55,260 nucleotides of DNA from Oligoflexales bacterium (GCA_041736175.1 JBGSUI010000109.1:1-55260), one strand, 5' to 3'; shown: positions 19,205 to 29,655, counted from the stretch's first letter. Notes: generated by a model from the sequence alone, not told the origin. Program-made: numbers and translations.

Positions 19205-20868
19205 CCGGCTTCCAACTGCCGCGTCCCCGGCGGCATACGTCCTCCGCCCGTAAGGAGTAGTCTTTCCTTGATCACACTGCCTAACTGACGCACCCGGTCC
19301 TCTTGGCCAACGAGCACTGGAAAGGGACTCCCCTGGCTATGGCAGCTGGAGCCCGCGCAGTATTTCCTGATAATAGGGTCAACGGTGCTAAAGGGCACTT
19401 TAGGTTTTTCGGCAGGAGCCGCACCTTCCTGATCACCCGAGGCTGTCCCCCCGGTCACGGCGCCTTCGTCGTCGACAAAAACCGTCACCTGGCGCCCAGG
19501 CCTTAAACCATAAACCATTTGTTGTAACAGAGTCGTCATTAGGCTTCGAGGACCTTGCTGTGAGGCATCAGTGAGGGTGTTCTTATCGGCTAAGGACAGG
19601 TCTTTAAAGGATTCACCGGTGAATCCCTCCCAAGCTTTCTGAGCCATACATTTATGGAACCAGGGACTCCGTTCGACCAGAGACCGAGCAAATCCGGGCG
19701 CTCCCGAGTCCTTGGTACCAAAGGCCACCCCGGCCTGGGAGATTTTAGAACCGGGGTCAATAGAGCCGGTACCGCTAAAGCCCAGCAACATCGTGGCCAA
19801 GTTATCGAGACCATAATGGCACACGGCGCAATCAGACCTGGTGGCATGCTTGATATCTATGGTGCCCATGTCTTTGTTGAGATAGTAAGACAAGTCATGG
19901 GTATTGAGAGATCCATCTACTTTGCGGCATAAAAAAGATTCGACTAAAACCCGCGTCCTCGATCTAAAGTTTGGATATTGAATCAAAAAACTAAGACTCG
20001 AAAGGATGCCACCTCGGGGAAAGACGCCGCTGGGAAAGTCGATTTTTTGTTTTTCCGTCACCGAAAGAGACTCTAGTCGTGCAAGCTCCGCAGGCGAGGG
20101 TAGGTTGCCGCTGATAAACATGGACTGGGCTAGGAGATACCGCCAGTATAAAAGCCTTGTCCCCCAAAAATAGCTACCGCCTAAAAAATCCATCCAGGTT
20201 CCATTTTGCTGGACCACCTGAAGACCCCTAGACCCCACTTCAAAAACCATCTCCTGTTGGAGCGCAGGGAGAAGCTTTTTAGGGAAACAGCCAATCAGCT
20301 TTGGCCCACACCCACACCTGGGATCTCCCATGCCCCAGGCGCCGCCACGCAAAGTACACACAGCGATGTTTTTGCTGTCAATCGGGTATCTCAGGGCATC
20401 AGAAAGGGCATCGTTACAAACAAGGACTTGGCTGTTATCGGCCGTCCACCAGGCATCGACCCGAGTCGCTTCGCCCGCATCACAGCTTTTCTTATCGTCT
20501 AGGGTCAAGATCCCTTCTGGGTTTTCCTTAAGGATCAGATGACTATTCAAAAAAAAGTTGCTTTCATGGACGCCTAATAGATCCGTAAAGTGCCTCACGA
20601 GTCGCTTGGAGTACTCTGGAGTGGCGAACCACTTTTCGACCATTTGTCGCAGATTTTCTTGGGTGTGGACATCGTTGAGCTCCTCAAGAGTCGGAGGAGT
20701 ATCACGCATAGCATAGGAAAGCAGCCGCGTGATCCCTGCAAACTCTCCCATACCAGCCACCTCTCGGTGGCTTTGACCCATCAACAAGGCTGCTGTGCCC
20801 ACACAGATCAGGGTGCGTGAATACCGACGCCAGCGATCAGCCTTTAGAAATCCCTTTAAAAATCCCAT
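19165..20868 (-). CDS. Exported c-type cytochrome-like protein (DUF1588/DUF1549-like region plus C-terminal cytochrome c domain)
   Basis: RGGILSSLSFL...FRSR...FLC pattern, CAVCH heme motif, C-terminal CAGSSCH...RMPP; downstream of a DUF1501 gene. Confidence 0.62.
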   Translation of the reverse strand: MGFLKGFLKADRWRRYSRTLICVGTAALLMGQSHREVAGMGEFAGITRLLSYAMRDTPPTLEELNDVHTQENLRQMVEKWFATPEYSKRLVRHFTDLLGVHESNFFLNSHLILKENPEGILTLDDKKSCDAGEATRVDAWWTADNSQVLVCNDALSDALRYPIDSKNIAVCTLRGGAWGMGDPRCGCGPKLIGCFPKKLLPALQQEMVFEVGSRGLQVVQQNGTWMDFLGGSYFWGTRLLYWRYLLAQSMFISGNLPSPAELARLESLSVTEKQKIDFPSGVFPRGGILSSLSFLIQYPNFRSRTRVLVESFLCRKVDGSLNTHDLSYYLNKDMGTIDIKHATRSDCAVCHYGLDNLATMLLGFSGTGSIDPGSKISQAGVAFGTKDSGAPGFARSLVERSPWFHKCMAQKAWEGFTGESFKDLSLADKNTLTDASQQGPRSLMTTLLQQMVYGLRPGRQVTVFVDDEGAVTGGTASGDQEGAAPAEKPKVPFSTVDPIIRKYCAGSSCHSQGSPFPVLVGQEDRVRQLGSVIKERLLLTGGGRMPPGTRQLEAGDKEQFINYLDQL

Positions 20869-22129
20869 TGATTGTTTCCTCGCTGATTTTTTGTGCGGCG
20901 TCCTGACGTCCGAAATGCCTTAGAATGGTTGCAATCAAATCGTTAGGCAGCAGGTAAGGTGCTCTCGCCTCGGTCGAAGGTTTGCCGTTGGCCCACTTCA
21001 TAGCATTGCCTTTTGTTGTTGTCATACCGATCACCCCGTTGTCTTCGACCCCACGTCCGCAGAGGATCGCCGATGCTGTCGGACGATGATCGGTCCCATC
21101 CGCACCATTGAGCTGGATGGTCCGAGTAAACTCGCTACCTATATAAACATTGGTTGTTTCAATTAAGTTAAGATTGGGTGCTCGTGGATCGGGAGTCGTG
21201 GCCAAATCACTCAGAAGCTGGGAGACGGCGCGGGCCACGGCCTTTTGCCTAGGCAACTGGTTGGCAAGTTCGTTGGTGTGGGTATCAAACCCGCCAATAT
21301 TCACCGCCACAAAATCGGTCAAATCGGAGGTAAGCGCTAGATAGGACCCAGCGACAAGATCTGGAATAGACCCCGAAGCAGTGATCCTGTACCGGCTTTT
21401 AATCTCAGGGGTGACTTGGATGGCCAGTCCTTGGGCGAGGGATTGAGCAAGCACCTGGTTCCTCAGTTCTGACCATTTCCGACTCGTGTCTAAAGCCGGT
21501 CCTTCAAGCCTTTTTTGAAACTGAGCATCGAGCTGTGCTAAGAGCTGCTGTGACCTTACAAAGCTTTCGTCCTTCACATAGACCGAGGGCGACTTAAGAA
21601 GTGCTCCGAGCTGGGCAATATCAGAAGCAAAGAGACCAGGTTTTGCCTGACGAGTAGGAAGCTTGCCACTCAGCATCAGATGTTCGGGAAATTTTGGGGC
21701 GTCATTCCCTAAGATCGCCGTAAGGACGGCACAGGGAATATCACTCCGCAGCGAACTCGACACTCCGGCAATCATAAGTTCTTTGGCTACATCATGGGCC
21801 GTAATCTCTACAAGGATCCCGTTTATAAAGCAGGTGGGGACTCCAGCAAAAGCAGATGCCGCTTCGATCCATCCGGGACCAAGCTGTAGATTGTCTTTTC
21901 CTGGGACCCTGAGAGTTTCAAGATTTTGATAGATGGGGCTATAGTTTCCCGAAGATTTTTTATCGCCAATCACAGGGTCCGTTGAAAACAGCGAATTCCA
22001 AGCACCATCGAGAAAGATCATAATCAGCCTTTGGGGCACTTGGGCTTGACCTCGGACTGAAAGGCTATATCCCCCTAAAAGACTTAGTGCCCCACAATGA
22101 ATCAGCTCCCTGCGACTGACTGTCTTCAT
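20837..22129 (-). CDS. DUF1501 domain protein with Tat signal
   Basis: MKTVSRRELI twin-arginine signal, IFLDGAW, GGFDTH, SEFTRT, GTDH; ATGA overlap with the upstream gene fixes the start at 22129. Confidence 0.82.
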   Translation of the reverse strand: MKTVSRRELIHCGALSLLGGYSLSVRGQAQVPQRLIMIFLDGAWNSLFSTDPVIGDKKSSGNYSPIYQNLETLRVPGKDNLQLGPGWIEAASAFAGVPTCFINGILVEITAHDVAKELMIAGVSSSLRSDIPCAVLTAILGNDAPKFPEHLMLSGKLPTRQAKPGLFASDIAQLGALLKSPSVYVKDESFVRSQQLLAQLDAQFQKRLEGPALDTSRKWSELRNQVLAQSLAQGLAIQVTPEIKSRYRITASGSIPDLVAGSYLALTSDLTDFVAVNIGGFDTHTNELANQLPRQKAVARAVSQLLSDLATTPDPRAPNLNLIETTNVYIGSEFTRTIQLNGADGTDHRPTASAILCGRGVEDNGVIGMTTTKGNAMKWANGKPSTEARAPYLLPNDLIATILRHFGRQDAAQKISEETINGIFKGISKG

Positions 22130-22983
22130 ATGGTCCATGCCTCCTGGGACATCAACACCGCACTCAGGGTCAAGATCCAAGCATAGGCGGGGTTTCCCTT
22201 TTGTAGTGTCGTAATCTCGGTAAAGGCGCTTTTAAGGAGACCTAGCTCTTCAGGTGTGAGATTTCTCTTAAAAAATTTGCGATAAAAGTCTTCCCACTGG
22301 GCTTTCCAGCGGGCTTCGCCGGATTTGATTTTGGCCTGGGTTTCTTGGCGACTTTTAAGATCGTTTTCTGTAAAGGGTCGATCTAGAGAGGGGTCGGCTA
22401 AATTGAAATATCGAGGACTGCCCTTTTTTTTGATCGTCTCCTGGTCCTCCTGGACTAGAGAGGTCAAATAGCGAAAGGTCATATCCCGCATGGCTAAGAT
22501 TTTTTGGGGATCGATGTCATTTTTGCGCACAAATACATTTTTAAAGTCAACTCCACCCAGGGGAATCCGGTAGTAAATGAGCAACCAATCATCCGTTACT
22601 AAATTTGATCTAACCTCTTTTTTAGTAAATCCAAACGTTTTACTAAGAAACCGTGAAAACTGCTCGGGGCTCAACATCTCTTGGCGATAAGGTTCTGTAA
22701 AATAGACTTTTTCAACTTGATTAGCACCCTGTTCGCCGACGACTTTGGGCGCCAATTGGGATTTTTCTCGACCCTCTAAAGCATCCGGGTCCGCTTGGTT
22801 GAGTTCCGGTGCCCCCCCTTGGTCCCCGGACCCTTGGCTATCGGTGGGGTCGCCTTCTTCACCAGATTTTTTAGATTTATCCTTTTGGCAGCCTTCTAAA
22901 AAGCAAGTCAACATAAATCCAGCAAGGATAAAATTTCGTAATCCATATCTGTAAAAGATCCAGGGTCGCCAGTTTCTAGACAA
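22126..22983 (-). CDS. Uncharacterised lipoprotein in the DUF1501 operon
   Basis: Signal ending FLEGC; C-terminal FYRKFFKRNLTPEEL...AWILTLSAVLMSQE resembles DUF1553/DUF1595-type endings. Confidence 0.65.
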   Translation of the reverse strand: MSRNWRPWIFYRYGLRNFILAGFMLTCFLEGCQKDKSKKSGEEGDPTDSQGSGDQGGAPELNQADPDALEGREKSQLAPKVVGEQGANQVEKVYFTEPYRQEMLSPEQFSRFLSKTFGFTKKEVRSNLVTDDWLLIYYRIPLGGVDFKNVFVRKNDIDPQKILAMRDMTFRYLTSLVQEDQETIKKKGSPRYFNLADPSLDRPFTENDLKSRQETQAKIKSGEARWKAQWEDFYRKFFKRNLTPEELGLLKSAFTEITTLQKGNPAYAWILTLSAVLMSQEAWTI

Positions 22984-22998
22984 AAAAAGTCCCTCACC

Positions 22999-25263
22999 TT
23001 AAAAAGCTGACACCTTCACGGCATAGGGCTGAACTTTGGCCTTGAGGGCCGCGGTTCTCACCAATGCAGGATGTCCATTGGTTAAATCAACAGGGATGCA
23101 ATAGGAGTAAACTTGTTCTTGTGAACCCTTGGCAAAAACTGGCTGAATCAGAGCCTCTTTCGGCACTTGGGTCTGTAGAGTCACAAGCCCCACCTGGCAC
23201 AGTCGGGAGTCTTCCCCCCGAGGGTCATAAACCTCATGAGCTAAGGCTTGCCAACGTCCTGAGGACGATGCCACAGCCTGGCCAGGAGTTTGGACGGGGG
23301 CTCCTATAAGGCGTACTTGGGTTTTATCATCTAAACCCGGGTGGGTGACCTTAATACCACTTTTTTGATAGTTGATCGAAACTTCCTTAGGAGCGGAAGT
23401 GACGAGGGAAAAGCCCCCCATAAGGGGATCCTCTTGCAGATGTCCTGCTGACTGAAACTGTGATAAGGCTTGAACCGGCCAAAACTCGGGTTCAACCAAA
23501 TATTGTGAAAGACTATATTTTTGCGAAAATGCGGCAAAGGCCTTGTGGACCTCGCTGTTGGTCAAGGGGTAAGATTTTGTCACACAAAGCTGCCCACCGG
23601 GTAATGCGCCACACCAGGTATCGACTCCATAGGTATCAAGAATCTTGAAACCATAATACTGCCAAGCCCGCCCTAAGGAATCTTTGACCTGACTATTTTG
23701 CAGTGGCTCATCAAGATTTTGAAGGACGACTTCCCGTTGTCGTTCGGGTTTAAGAAAACGAAAATCACCGTAGACCATAAGCCCAGCATCGCCTGCAATC
23801 CCCTCAAAGAGTTCTCGCTGCATCAAGGGCCGGTTCGAGGCTCGCTGGTCAGTGGGACGAAGGCGTACCGTGACCAAAGGCTTGTAGAAAAATTTGGCAA
23901 GCAGCCTGGGTTGAAGTGGCGGCTCGCTCGATCTTACCAAATCTAGGTCAGGAGTTTTATCCTCCTCGAGATCTCCGGAGTCCCCTGGCAGTCTAGGTCT
24001 TTGATTGGGGTTTAGGTGAAAGGACTGGGTAGGAATCAGCTGGGGTTCATAGGTCCAGGACAAGGGCGGGGTGACGATCACCAGATTTGGACTTAGAGTT
24101 TTTCCGCCATCATAGGAGTAATGAGTGCGTTGTTTAAGATTTCGATGGTTCGCAAAAAAATCCTTATTCTTGTCGAAAACCAACTTACCCCAGGTCAGCA
24201 TCGGAACCGACCGGAGTTCATTTTGTGATTGTAATTTAACAAAGGAAGCTTCGACTTGTTCGCTCACCTGGGTGACGACAACCCGGTCAAAATCGTCAGG
24301 TTTGATAGGAAAATCGACTTTGACCTTGATGCCTTCCAGGTCTCTTTTAAAGTACGGGATCGAACTCTCCTGGACGGTTAACCCGAGGGTTTGGAGGAGA
24401 CGTAGGGGTTTAAAATCCGGACTCTGGGAGGCGAGGAGTTCCACAGCTTGACCCCGGCTGGAGGCTTGATTTTGCGTCGCCAATGAATCCAGCCACTGCG
24501 CTATAGAGTCTGCCGAAACGGCGTAGATGGGACTGTTTCCCACCTGGGTTTTGCCTCCCGAACTCAGTCCTAAAAGCCTCCCCTGGGAGTCTCGCAAAAG
24601 GATTCCGGGAACATGCACCCCTGTAAACCCGGTCACTTTAAAGGTTTTTGTATCACTTTGCCCGATGAATTGCATCGGGGTCAATGCCCTTTCTAAAGGC
24701 TCACTCCTGTTCCCATCACCTTGCCGGAGGGGGCTGGCATTTAAATAAATTTCTGTAGTGTTAAGGTCTGCACCACGTCTTATCTCAATAGGATCCACTT
24801 TCCAATCAGGATCTTTAGATGGCTCGATAACCAAGAGCGCTAAGTCCATCGATTGGTCGATCGCCTTGATCTCACCGATCGGTACGCTAGCTCCTTGGGG
24901 CCCCCGCACCTGCACTTGGGTGGGTCGACCCAGAAGATCGCCGTGGAGGATACAGCGCCTAGGGACAACGATTTTTTTATCAGAGACCTGAATCCCGTTG
25001 CAGAGAACTTTCTCTTCTAAGAGGTCGTTTCGGTCAAACCCGGCAAGCTTGACGAGAGAATCCAAGAGTTGAGGGCTAGCCACGGCCACCAGCTCAACCG
25101 TGCCCATTTGCGCGGTTGGGCGCTGGACCTGGGCTGAGGGAGTCAAGCTCTGCCTGCGGATGGTCTCAAGGATAGGCCCCCCCGTCAGCCCCCCTAAAAA
25201 ACCAAGGCCCAAGACACCTAAACCCGCAGCAACCGTCCCTATCGAAAAATTTTTTGTGCCCAT
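22999..25263 (-). CDS. Membrane-anchored protein with a degenerate trypsin-like N-terminal domain
   Basis: N-terminal TM; CNGIQVSDKKIVVPRRC, IDQSMDLALL and PGILLRDSQGRLLGL follow the trypsin motif order, but catalytic His and Ser are absent. Confidence 0.6.
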   Translation of the reverse strand: MGTKNFSIGTVAAGLGVLGLGFLGGLTGGPILETIRRQSLTPSAQVQRPTAQMGTVELVAVASPQLLDSLVKLAGFDRNDLLEEKVLCNGIQVSDKKIVVPRRCILHGDLLGRPTQVQVRGPQGASVPIGEIKAIDQSMDLALLVIEPSKDPDWKVDPIEIRRGADLNTTEIYLNASPLRQGDGNRSEPLERALTPMQFIGQSDTKTFKVTGFTGVHVPGILLRDSQGRLLGLSSGGKTQVGNSPIYAVSADSIAQWLDSLATQNQASSRGQAVELLASQSPDFKPLRLLQTLGLTVQESSIPYFKRDLEGIKVKVDFPIKPDDFDRVVVTQVSEQVEASFVKLQSQNELRSVPMLTWGKLVFDKNKDFFANHRNLKQRTHYSYDGGKTLSPNLVIVTPPLSWTYEPQLIPTQSFHLNPNQRPRLPGDSGDLEEDKTPDLDLVRSSEPPLQPRLLAKFFYKPLVTVRLRPTDQRASNRPLMQRELFEGIAGDAGLMVYGDFRFLKPERQREVVLQNLDEPLQNSQVKDSLGRAWQYYGFKILDTYGVDTWCGALPGGQLCVTKSYPLTNSEVHKAFAAFSQKYSLSQYLVEPEFWPVQALSQFQSAGHLQEDPLMGGFSLVTSAPKEVSINYQKSGIKVTHPGLDDKTQVRLIGAPVQTPGQAVASSSGRWQALAHEVYDPRGEDSRLCQVGLVTLQTQVPKEALIQPVFAKGSQEQVYSYCIPVDLTNGHPALVRTAALKAKVQPYAVKVSAF

Positions 25264-25267
25264 CTAA

Positions 25268-26743
25268 CTAGTAACCCTCCCCAAACTCGGTTTCGACCAC
25301 CATAGACTCACGGTCCCGCCCCAAACTCCGCAAGGTTTCGAGATATTGGGCCACAAGGGTTTGATATTTTTTATGGGACTTAAACGCCAAACGAGCACGC
25401 TGGTTTCCAATCTGCTCCTGAATCTTTTTGGCAATGTCGTAGGCCCTTTCAAACTGGCTCACCGCGAAGTCCACATCCCCTTGAATCAGGCTTGCTTGGC
25501 CCCCTTGGCTCAAGGCAAACCATTCTAGGTTTTTGGCTCCAACGGCATTAGCAAGCTCAAAGGCTTTTTGATAGTAACTCTGAGCCTCGCTCCAGCGATC
25601 CGACATAGCCGCAATATCCCCTAATCCGAGGGCACTGAATCCACCATTATAGGGAATGCCTAGGGTTAGACTTAGACGAAGTGCATCTTGAAGATAGCCT
25701 GCAGCTACTGATTCATCACCTTGGGCCAGCCAGGCTAATCCCAGATTGCGATAGTCAAAGGCGATGTTGGCGTTGTCCCCCTGATAAAGAGTCCGGTCGA
25801 TTTCAAAAGCTTTCTTATGGACTAGGAGCGCCTCTTCGGGGGCCCCCTCTTCCCGCAACCAGTATCCAAGGTTGTTGTAAAGTGTGGCCCGCTTTTGGGG
25901 TGGGATTCCATCTTCTGCCAAAGTTTTTTTGAGAGTTTCGATGGCAACTAACCCAAAGCCGCTTTCTCCGGCTACCAACGCCTTGAGATTCGCCACATCG
26001 ATCTTTATGGTGTCCACATGGCTCCGCATTTTAAGCGATGATCGCAAGTCTGGTGCGCCCATGGCATGTTCGAGGATTTTTTCGATCACCTTAAGGTACT
26101 GGCCAGCCTCGTCATAGGTTCCTCGTCGGTATTGGACCCGAGCGACCATAAGAGCAGCCCTGGTCCAAGGCATCCACTGGGTACTTGGTTGAATTCTTGC
26201 CAGGGAATTTTCTAGGGTACTCAGAGCCAAATCGGACTGACCAATATCGAGGTAGGTATTCCCTCGATCGATCACGGCACTAAGTCGTTCGTCTTCGAGT
26301 CCAAATTCTGTAAATATTTTTTCCGCCTCTTCATAATGTCGCAATGCAAGACCGTATTGGCTAAGAAAATCCTTATAGGTGTTTGCGATATGCACCAATT
26401 GGCGTGCAGCTAGGGGACTTTGACTCGTCTTCTGATAAACATCATAGGCGTATTGGTACTGTCGCACCGCCGATTGGGGTTGACCTTGGAGTTTGTCGAT
26501 GGCTCCCTTTAACACATAGGCTTGTGCTAGTTGGTCCGAAATCGGAGCTTTGGCAATAACTTGGTCCAGTTCTAGAGCCGCTTGGTCGAAATTTTTCCCC
26601 TCAAAGGATTCAAGCCCCGCCTCAAAACTCTCCAGCCAAGGTTTCTGGTTTTTATAAGATTCCAGGGAAGCTCCCAAGGCGGGCCGCGGGATTGTCATAA
26701 GTCCAAGAATTAAGACTTTTACTATGAGAGTGAGCACTATCAT
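25268..26743 (-). CDS. Secreted tetratricopeptide repeat protein
   Basis: Signal peptide ending ALGA; TPRs such as ATLYNNLGYWLREEGAPEEALLVHKKAFEI and AFDYRNLGLAWLAQGDESVAAGYLQDAL. Confidence 0.85.
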   Translation of the reverse strand: MIVLTLIVKVLILGLMTIPRPALGASLESYKNQKPWLESFEAGLESFEGKNFDQAALELDQVIAKAPISDQLAQAYVLKGAIDKLQGQPQSAVRQYQYAYDVYQKTSQSPLAARQLVHIANTYKDFLSQYGLALRHYEEAEKIFTEFGLEDERLSAVIDRGNTYLDIGQSDLALSTLENSLARIQPSTQWMPWTRAALMVARVQYRRGTYDEAGQYLKVIEKILEHAMGAPDLRSSLKMRSHVDTIKIDVANLKALVAGESGFGLVAIETLKKTLAEDGIPPQKRATLYNNLGYWLREEGAPEEALLVHKKAFEIDRTLYQGDNANIAFDYRNLGLAWLAQGDESVAAGYLQDALRLSLTLGIPYNGGFSALGLGDIAAMSDRWSEAQSYYQKAFELANAVGAKNLEWFALSQGGQASLIQGDVDFAVSQFERAYDIAKKIQEQIGNQRARLAFKSHKKYQTLVAQYLETLRSLGRDRESMVVETEFGEGY

Positions 26744-27003
26744 CCACCGATCTTTCCTGGGATTTCAAATACCCATGACTTCCAATCTCAATATTGAAAA
26801 GGCTGACCGTATCAAATAATTCACTTTAAATTCTATATGTTATACCCAACAAACATCGTTTATATTATTATCAAATATTAAAATCCGATGATCTATTTGC
26901 CTATTAAAGATTCTTCATTCTAAACGAAGTGACGATTTCATGAAACTAGATTCTCCAGAAAATCAATATACATTACTCTTGGCCCGACCAGCCGCATAAC
27001 AAA

Positions 27004-28311
27004 GTGAGTTCAATGATGGCCAGGCCTCCCACCCCTAAAAACCCGTCAAGGGAACATTCCCCTGGCGATTGGTCTATTCTAGTGGTAGACGACGACCCCT
27101 CTGTTTTCGAAGCCACAAAACTCGCTTTGTCCAACTATGAATTTAGGGGCAAGGGGATCAAACTCCTCAAGGCTACAAACGAAACCGAAGCCATGACGAT
27201 TCTTAGTGGTGAGATTCCCATCGCTCTTGTGATCCTCGAACTTGTCATGGAGAATCCTGATTCCGGATTACGCCTTGTAAAGTACATCCGCAACGATCTC
27301 GGAAACAATAAAACCCAAATCATCTTAAGAACCGGCCAACCAGGAGATCAACCTAAAGAACACACCTTAAAGCTCTATTCGATCAATGATTATAAATTGA
27401 AAACAGAGTTAACACGAGACAAGCTTTTTACCTGTGTAACCCTAGCAATCAGGACTTACGACCAATCTCATGCTGTCATAGATCTCGCCAACCGATTAAT
27501 GGTGAACAATGCAAAATTGATCACCCTTAATAGCAGTCTAGAGGCCCAAGTCCTAGAGAGAACCAACCAACTCAATCAAAAATCTAATGAGCTTTCCGAA
27601 GCATATATAGACATCTGTAACTTGTTACGTATCATGACCCACGACCAAAACAACTATCTGGCGATCACCCTATCAAATGCCGAGATCGTCTTGAAATCAA
27701 CGACTGATCCAAAACTACAGAAACGTGCTGAAAACATCCTTTGGGCTGTCAAGAGTCAAAGGGATCTGATTCAGAAAATCTCGCGATTTGACGCCCTAAA
27801 GACTGGAAAAAGCTCCTATGAAACATCCCCCGTCCTTCTTACAGAAGTTATAACCCAATCCCATAAAACGTTTGAAAGCCAACTCCAAGCTAAACAGATC
27901 TCCTTCCAGATTGACAATCAGTGCCATTCCGATACAAAAATCTTGGTCGATCCGACTATTTTTGTAAGCTCCGTCCTTAACAACCTTATCTCGAATGCTA
28001 TCAAGTTTTCACCTGAAGGGTCCAATATAGTGCTCGGCTGCCACTTAGATGGCTCTAGCCTGATCCGTTTAACTGTAAAAGATGAGGGAATAGGGATGCC
28101 CCCTGACCTCCTCAATGGCCTGTTTTCCTTTTCCATCCGGACTAATCGACTCGGAACCTCAGGAGAAAAAGGGACAGGCTTTGGAATGCCTATAGTCAAA
28201 ACCATCCTAGAAAAGATGCATGGAACGATCACGGTTTACTCTACAGAAGAAAATTCGGACTCTGATAAACATGGAACAACCTTTATCATCACGGTGCAGA
28301 AGGCTGCATAA
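27004..28311 (+). CDS. Hybrid receiver-histidine kinase
   Basis: ILVVDDD receiver with LRTGQPG and YKLK; H-box LRIMTHD; NNLISNAIKFS, DEGIG and GTGFG ATPase boxes. Start may be an ATG at 27013 or 27016. Confidence 0.9.
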   Translation: MSSMMARPPTPKNPSREHSPGDWSILVVDDDPSVFEATKLALSNYEFRGKGIKLLKATNETEAMTILSGEIPIALVILELVMENPDSGLRLVKYIRNDLGNNKTQIILRTGQPGDQPKEHTLKLYSINDYKLKTELTRDKLFTCVTLAIRTYDQSHAVIDLANRLMVNNAKLITLNSSLEAQVLERTNQLNQKSNELSEAYIDICNLLRIMTHDQNNYLAITLSNAEIVLKSTTDPKLQKRAENILWAVKSQRDLIQKISRFDALKTGKSSYETSPVLLTEVITQSHKTFESQLQAKQISFQIDNQCHSDTKILVDPTIFVSSVLNNLISNAIKFSPEGSNIVLGCHLDGSSLIRLTVKDEGIGMPPDLLNGLFSFSIRTNRLGTSGEKGTGFGMPIVKTILEKMHGTITVYSTEENSDSDKHGTTFIITVQKAA

Positions 28312-29629
28312 AATTGGCTGTCAAATCCATACTCGCCACTGGTATCGAAACATGTCGGCTATGACTACTCACAAACTTATTAAACTGCATTTCATTTGCT
28401 GGCTGTCTGGATTTTTGAAAATAAGAGTAGGGTCCGCTCGCTGGTACTGGACTGCCATTCTCCTGCTGCACTAACGCAAGGCTGGCCTTAGGAGCGCTCG
28501 ATACGTTCACACTGCCACCAAAGGGCCAATTTTTAGTCACTTGGATAGACCCTTGGCTTTCCGCAATTGCACCATTGGGGACTGAACCATTGGTGACACC
28601 AACGCCCACATTTCCTTTACCATTGTTTTGAGTTAGCCAATTTTTAAGCATTAATAACTTTAAAAGAAGACAGGTCGGTTCAAGCTTTTCGGGAGCGGAG
28701 CTATAGGGCCAAAGTCCATTCGCCGCAATTTTATCTTCAAGTTTAAGTAGTTCGTCTAGTTTCTTGCTGGCGATATCCACTAGGAATTCATTTTCTGCAA
28801 ATCCATACCCGGATTTTTCGAGTGACAATTTATAATAGCCCAAGAGAGTCTGGACAGCCTCGGAGTTTAAGTCAACAAAATAATTTGTGATAACCTTGGT
28901 AACGGGATCGGTCTTTAGGGCACTCGATATTCCGATAATATCCGTTCCATCTCTGTTCAAAAGAGGACCACCTGAGTCGCCTTTGGTGGCCAGCGCATGG
29001 TACAAATCAACTTTTTCATCGCCAACGATTTTAATCGATCCGACAGCCCCATCCACTTTATGAATGGTATTATATCCAAAGCTTTTAAGCTTTCCTCCTG
29101 GTTTACCTAACTCAGTGGCACCAAATCCTACGATTGAGACGCTGAGACCTTCTTCAGCTGCCCGTAACCGAGGGTAAGAAGTAAGATGTGAAAATGGCCC
29201 CTTGGACCTTTGAGCACCGGGGTCAAAATCAAGAATCACAAAATCCAAGCCGACTTCATTTTCGTAGATCACCTTGGCGTTAATCACCTTAGAAAATGCA
29301 TAGACCTGTGTAGCTTTTAAACTGATCGTCCGTTGGTTTTGGTCCTGGTATTCCACAAATGGCTTGTTGTATAAATCAACGCCATCATTTTTAATGCAGT
29401 GGGCAGCGGCAATCACAGTCCGCGGACCAATAATCACCCCACTACAGATTTCCGGTATAGTTGGTGACAGTACGATTTGGACCACAAAGGGAAATTTACC
29501 CGCTGGGGCCGCTTGTCCGCCTAGCACATTGACTTGAGAATCTTGTTTGGGGGCCTTGAGCTTACAACTCGATAACCCTGCTATCGATGACATCAGCATG
29601 ACTAGATTTATTTTCCAAAAAGAATTCAT
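28289..29629 (-). CDS. Trypsin-like (S1) serine protease, lipoprotein
   Basis: Signal ending LSSC, VLGG N-terminus, AAHC, LDFVIL, GDSGGPL. Start at 29629 (GAGGG RBS); the ORF extends to 29659. Confidence 0.88.
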   Translation of the reverse strand: MNSFWKINLVMLMSSIAGLSSCKLKAPKQDSQVNVLGGQAAPAGKFPFVVQIVLSPTIPEICSGVIIGPRTVIAAAHCIKNDGVDLYNKPFVEYQDQNQRTISLKATQVYAFSKVINAKVIYENEVGLDFVILDFDPGAQRSKGPFSHLTSYPRLRAAEEGLSVSIVGFGATELGKPGGKLKSFGYNTIHKVDGAVGSIKIVGDEKVDLYHALATKGDSGGPLLNRDGTDIIGISSALKTDPVTKVITNYFVDLNSEAVQTLLGYYKLSLEKSGYGFAENEFLVDIASKKLDELLKLEDKIAANGLWPYSSAPEKLEPTCLLLKLLMLKNWLTQNNGKGNVGVGVTNGSVPNGAIAESQGSIQVTKNWPFGGSVNVSSAPKASLALVQQENGSPVPASGPYSYFQKSRQPANEMQFNKFVSSHSRHVSIPVASMDLTANFMQPSAP

Positions 29630-29655
29630 CTTTGCCCTCATTTGCGCTAGGTTAT

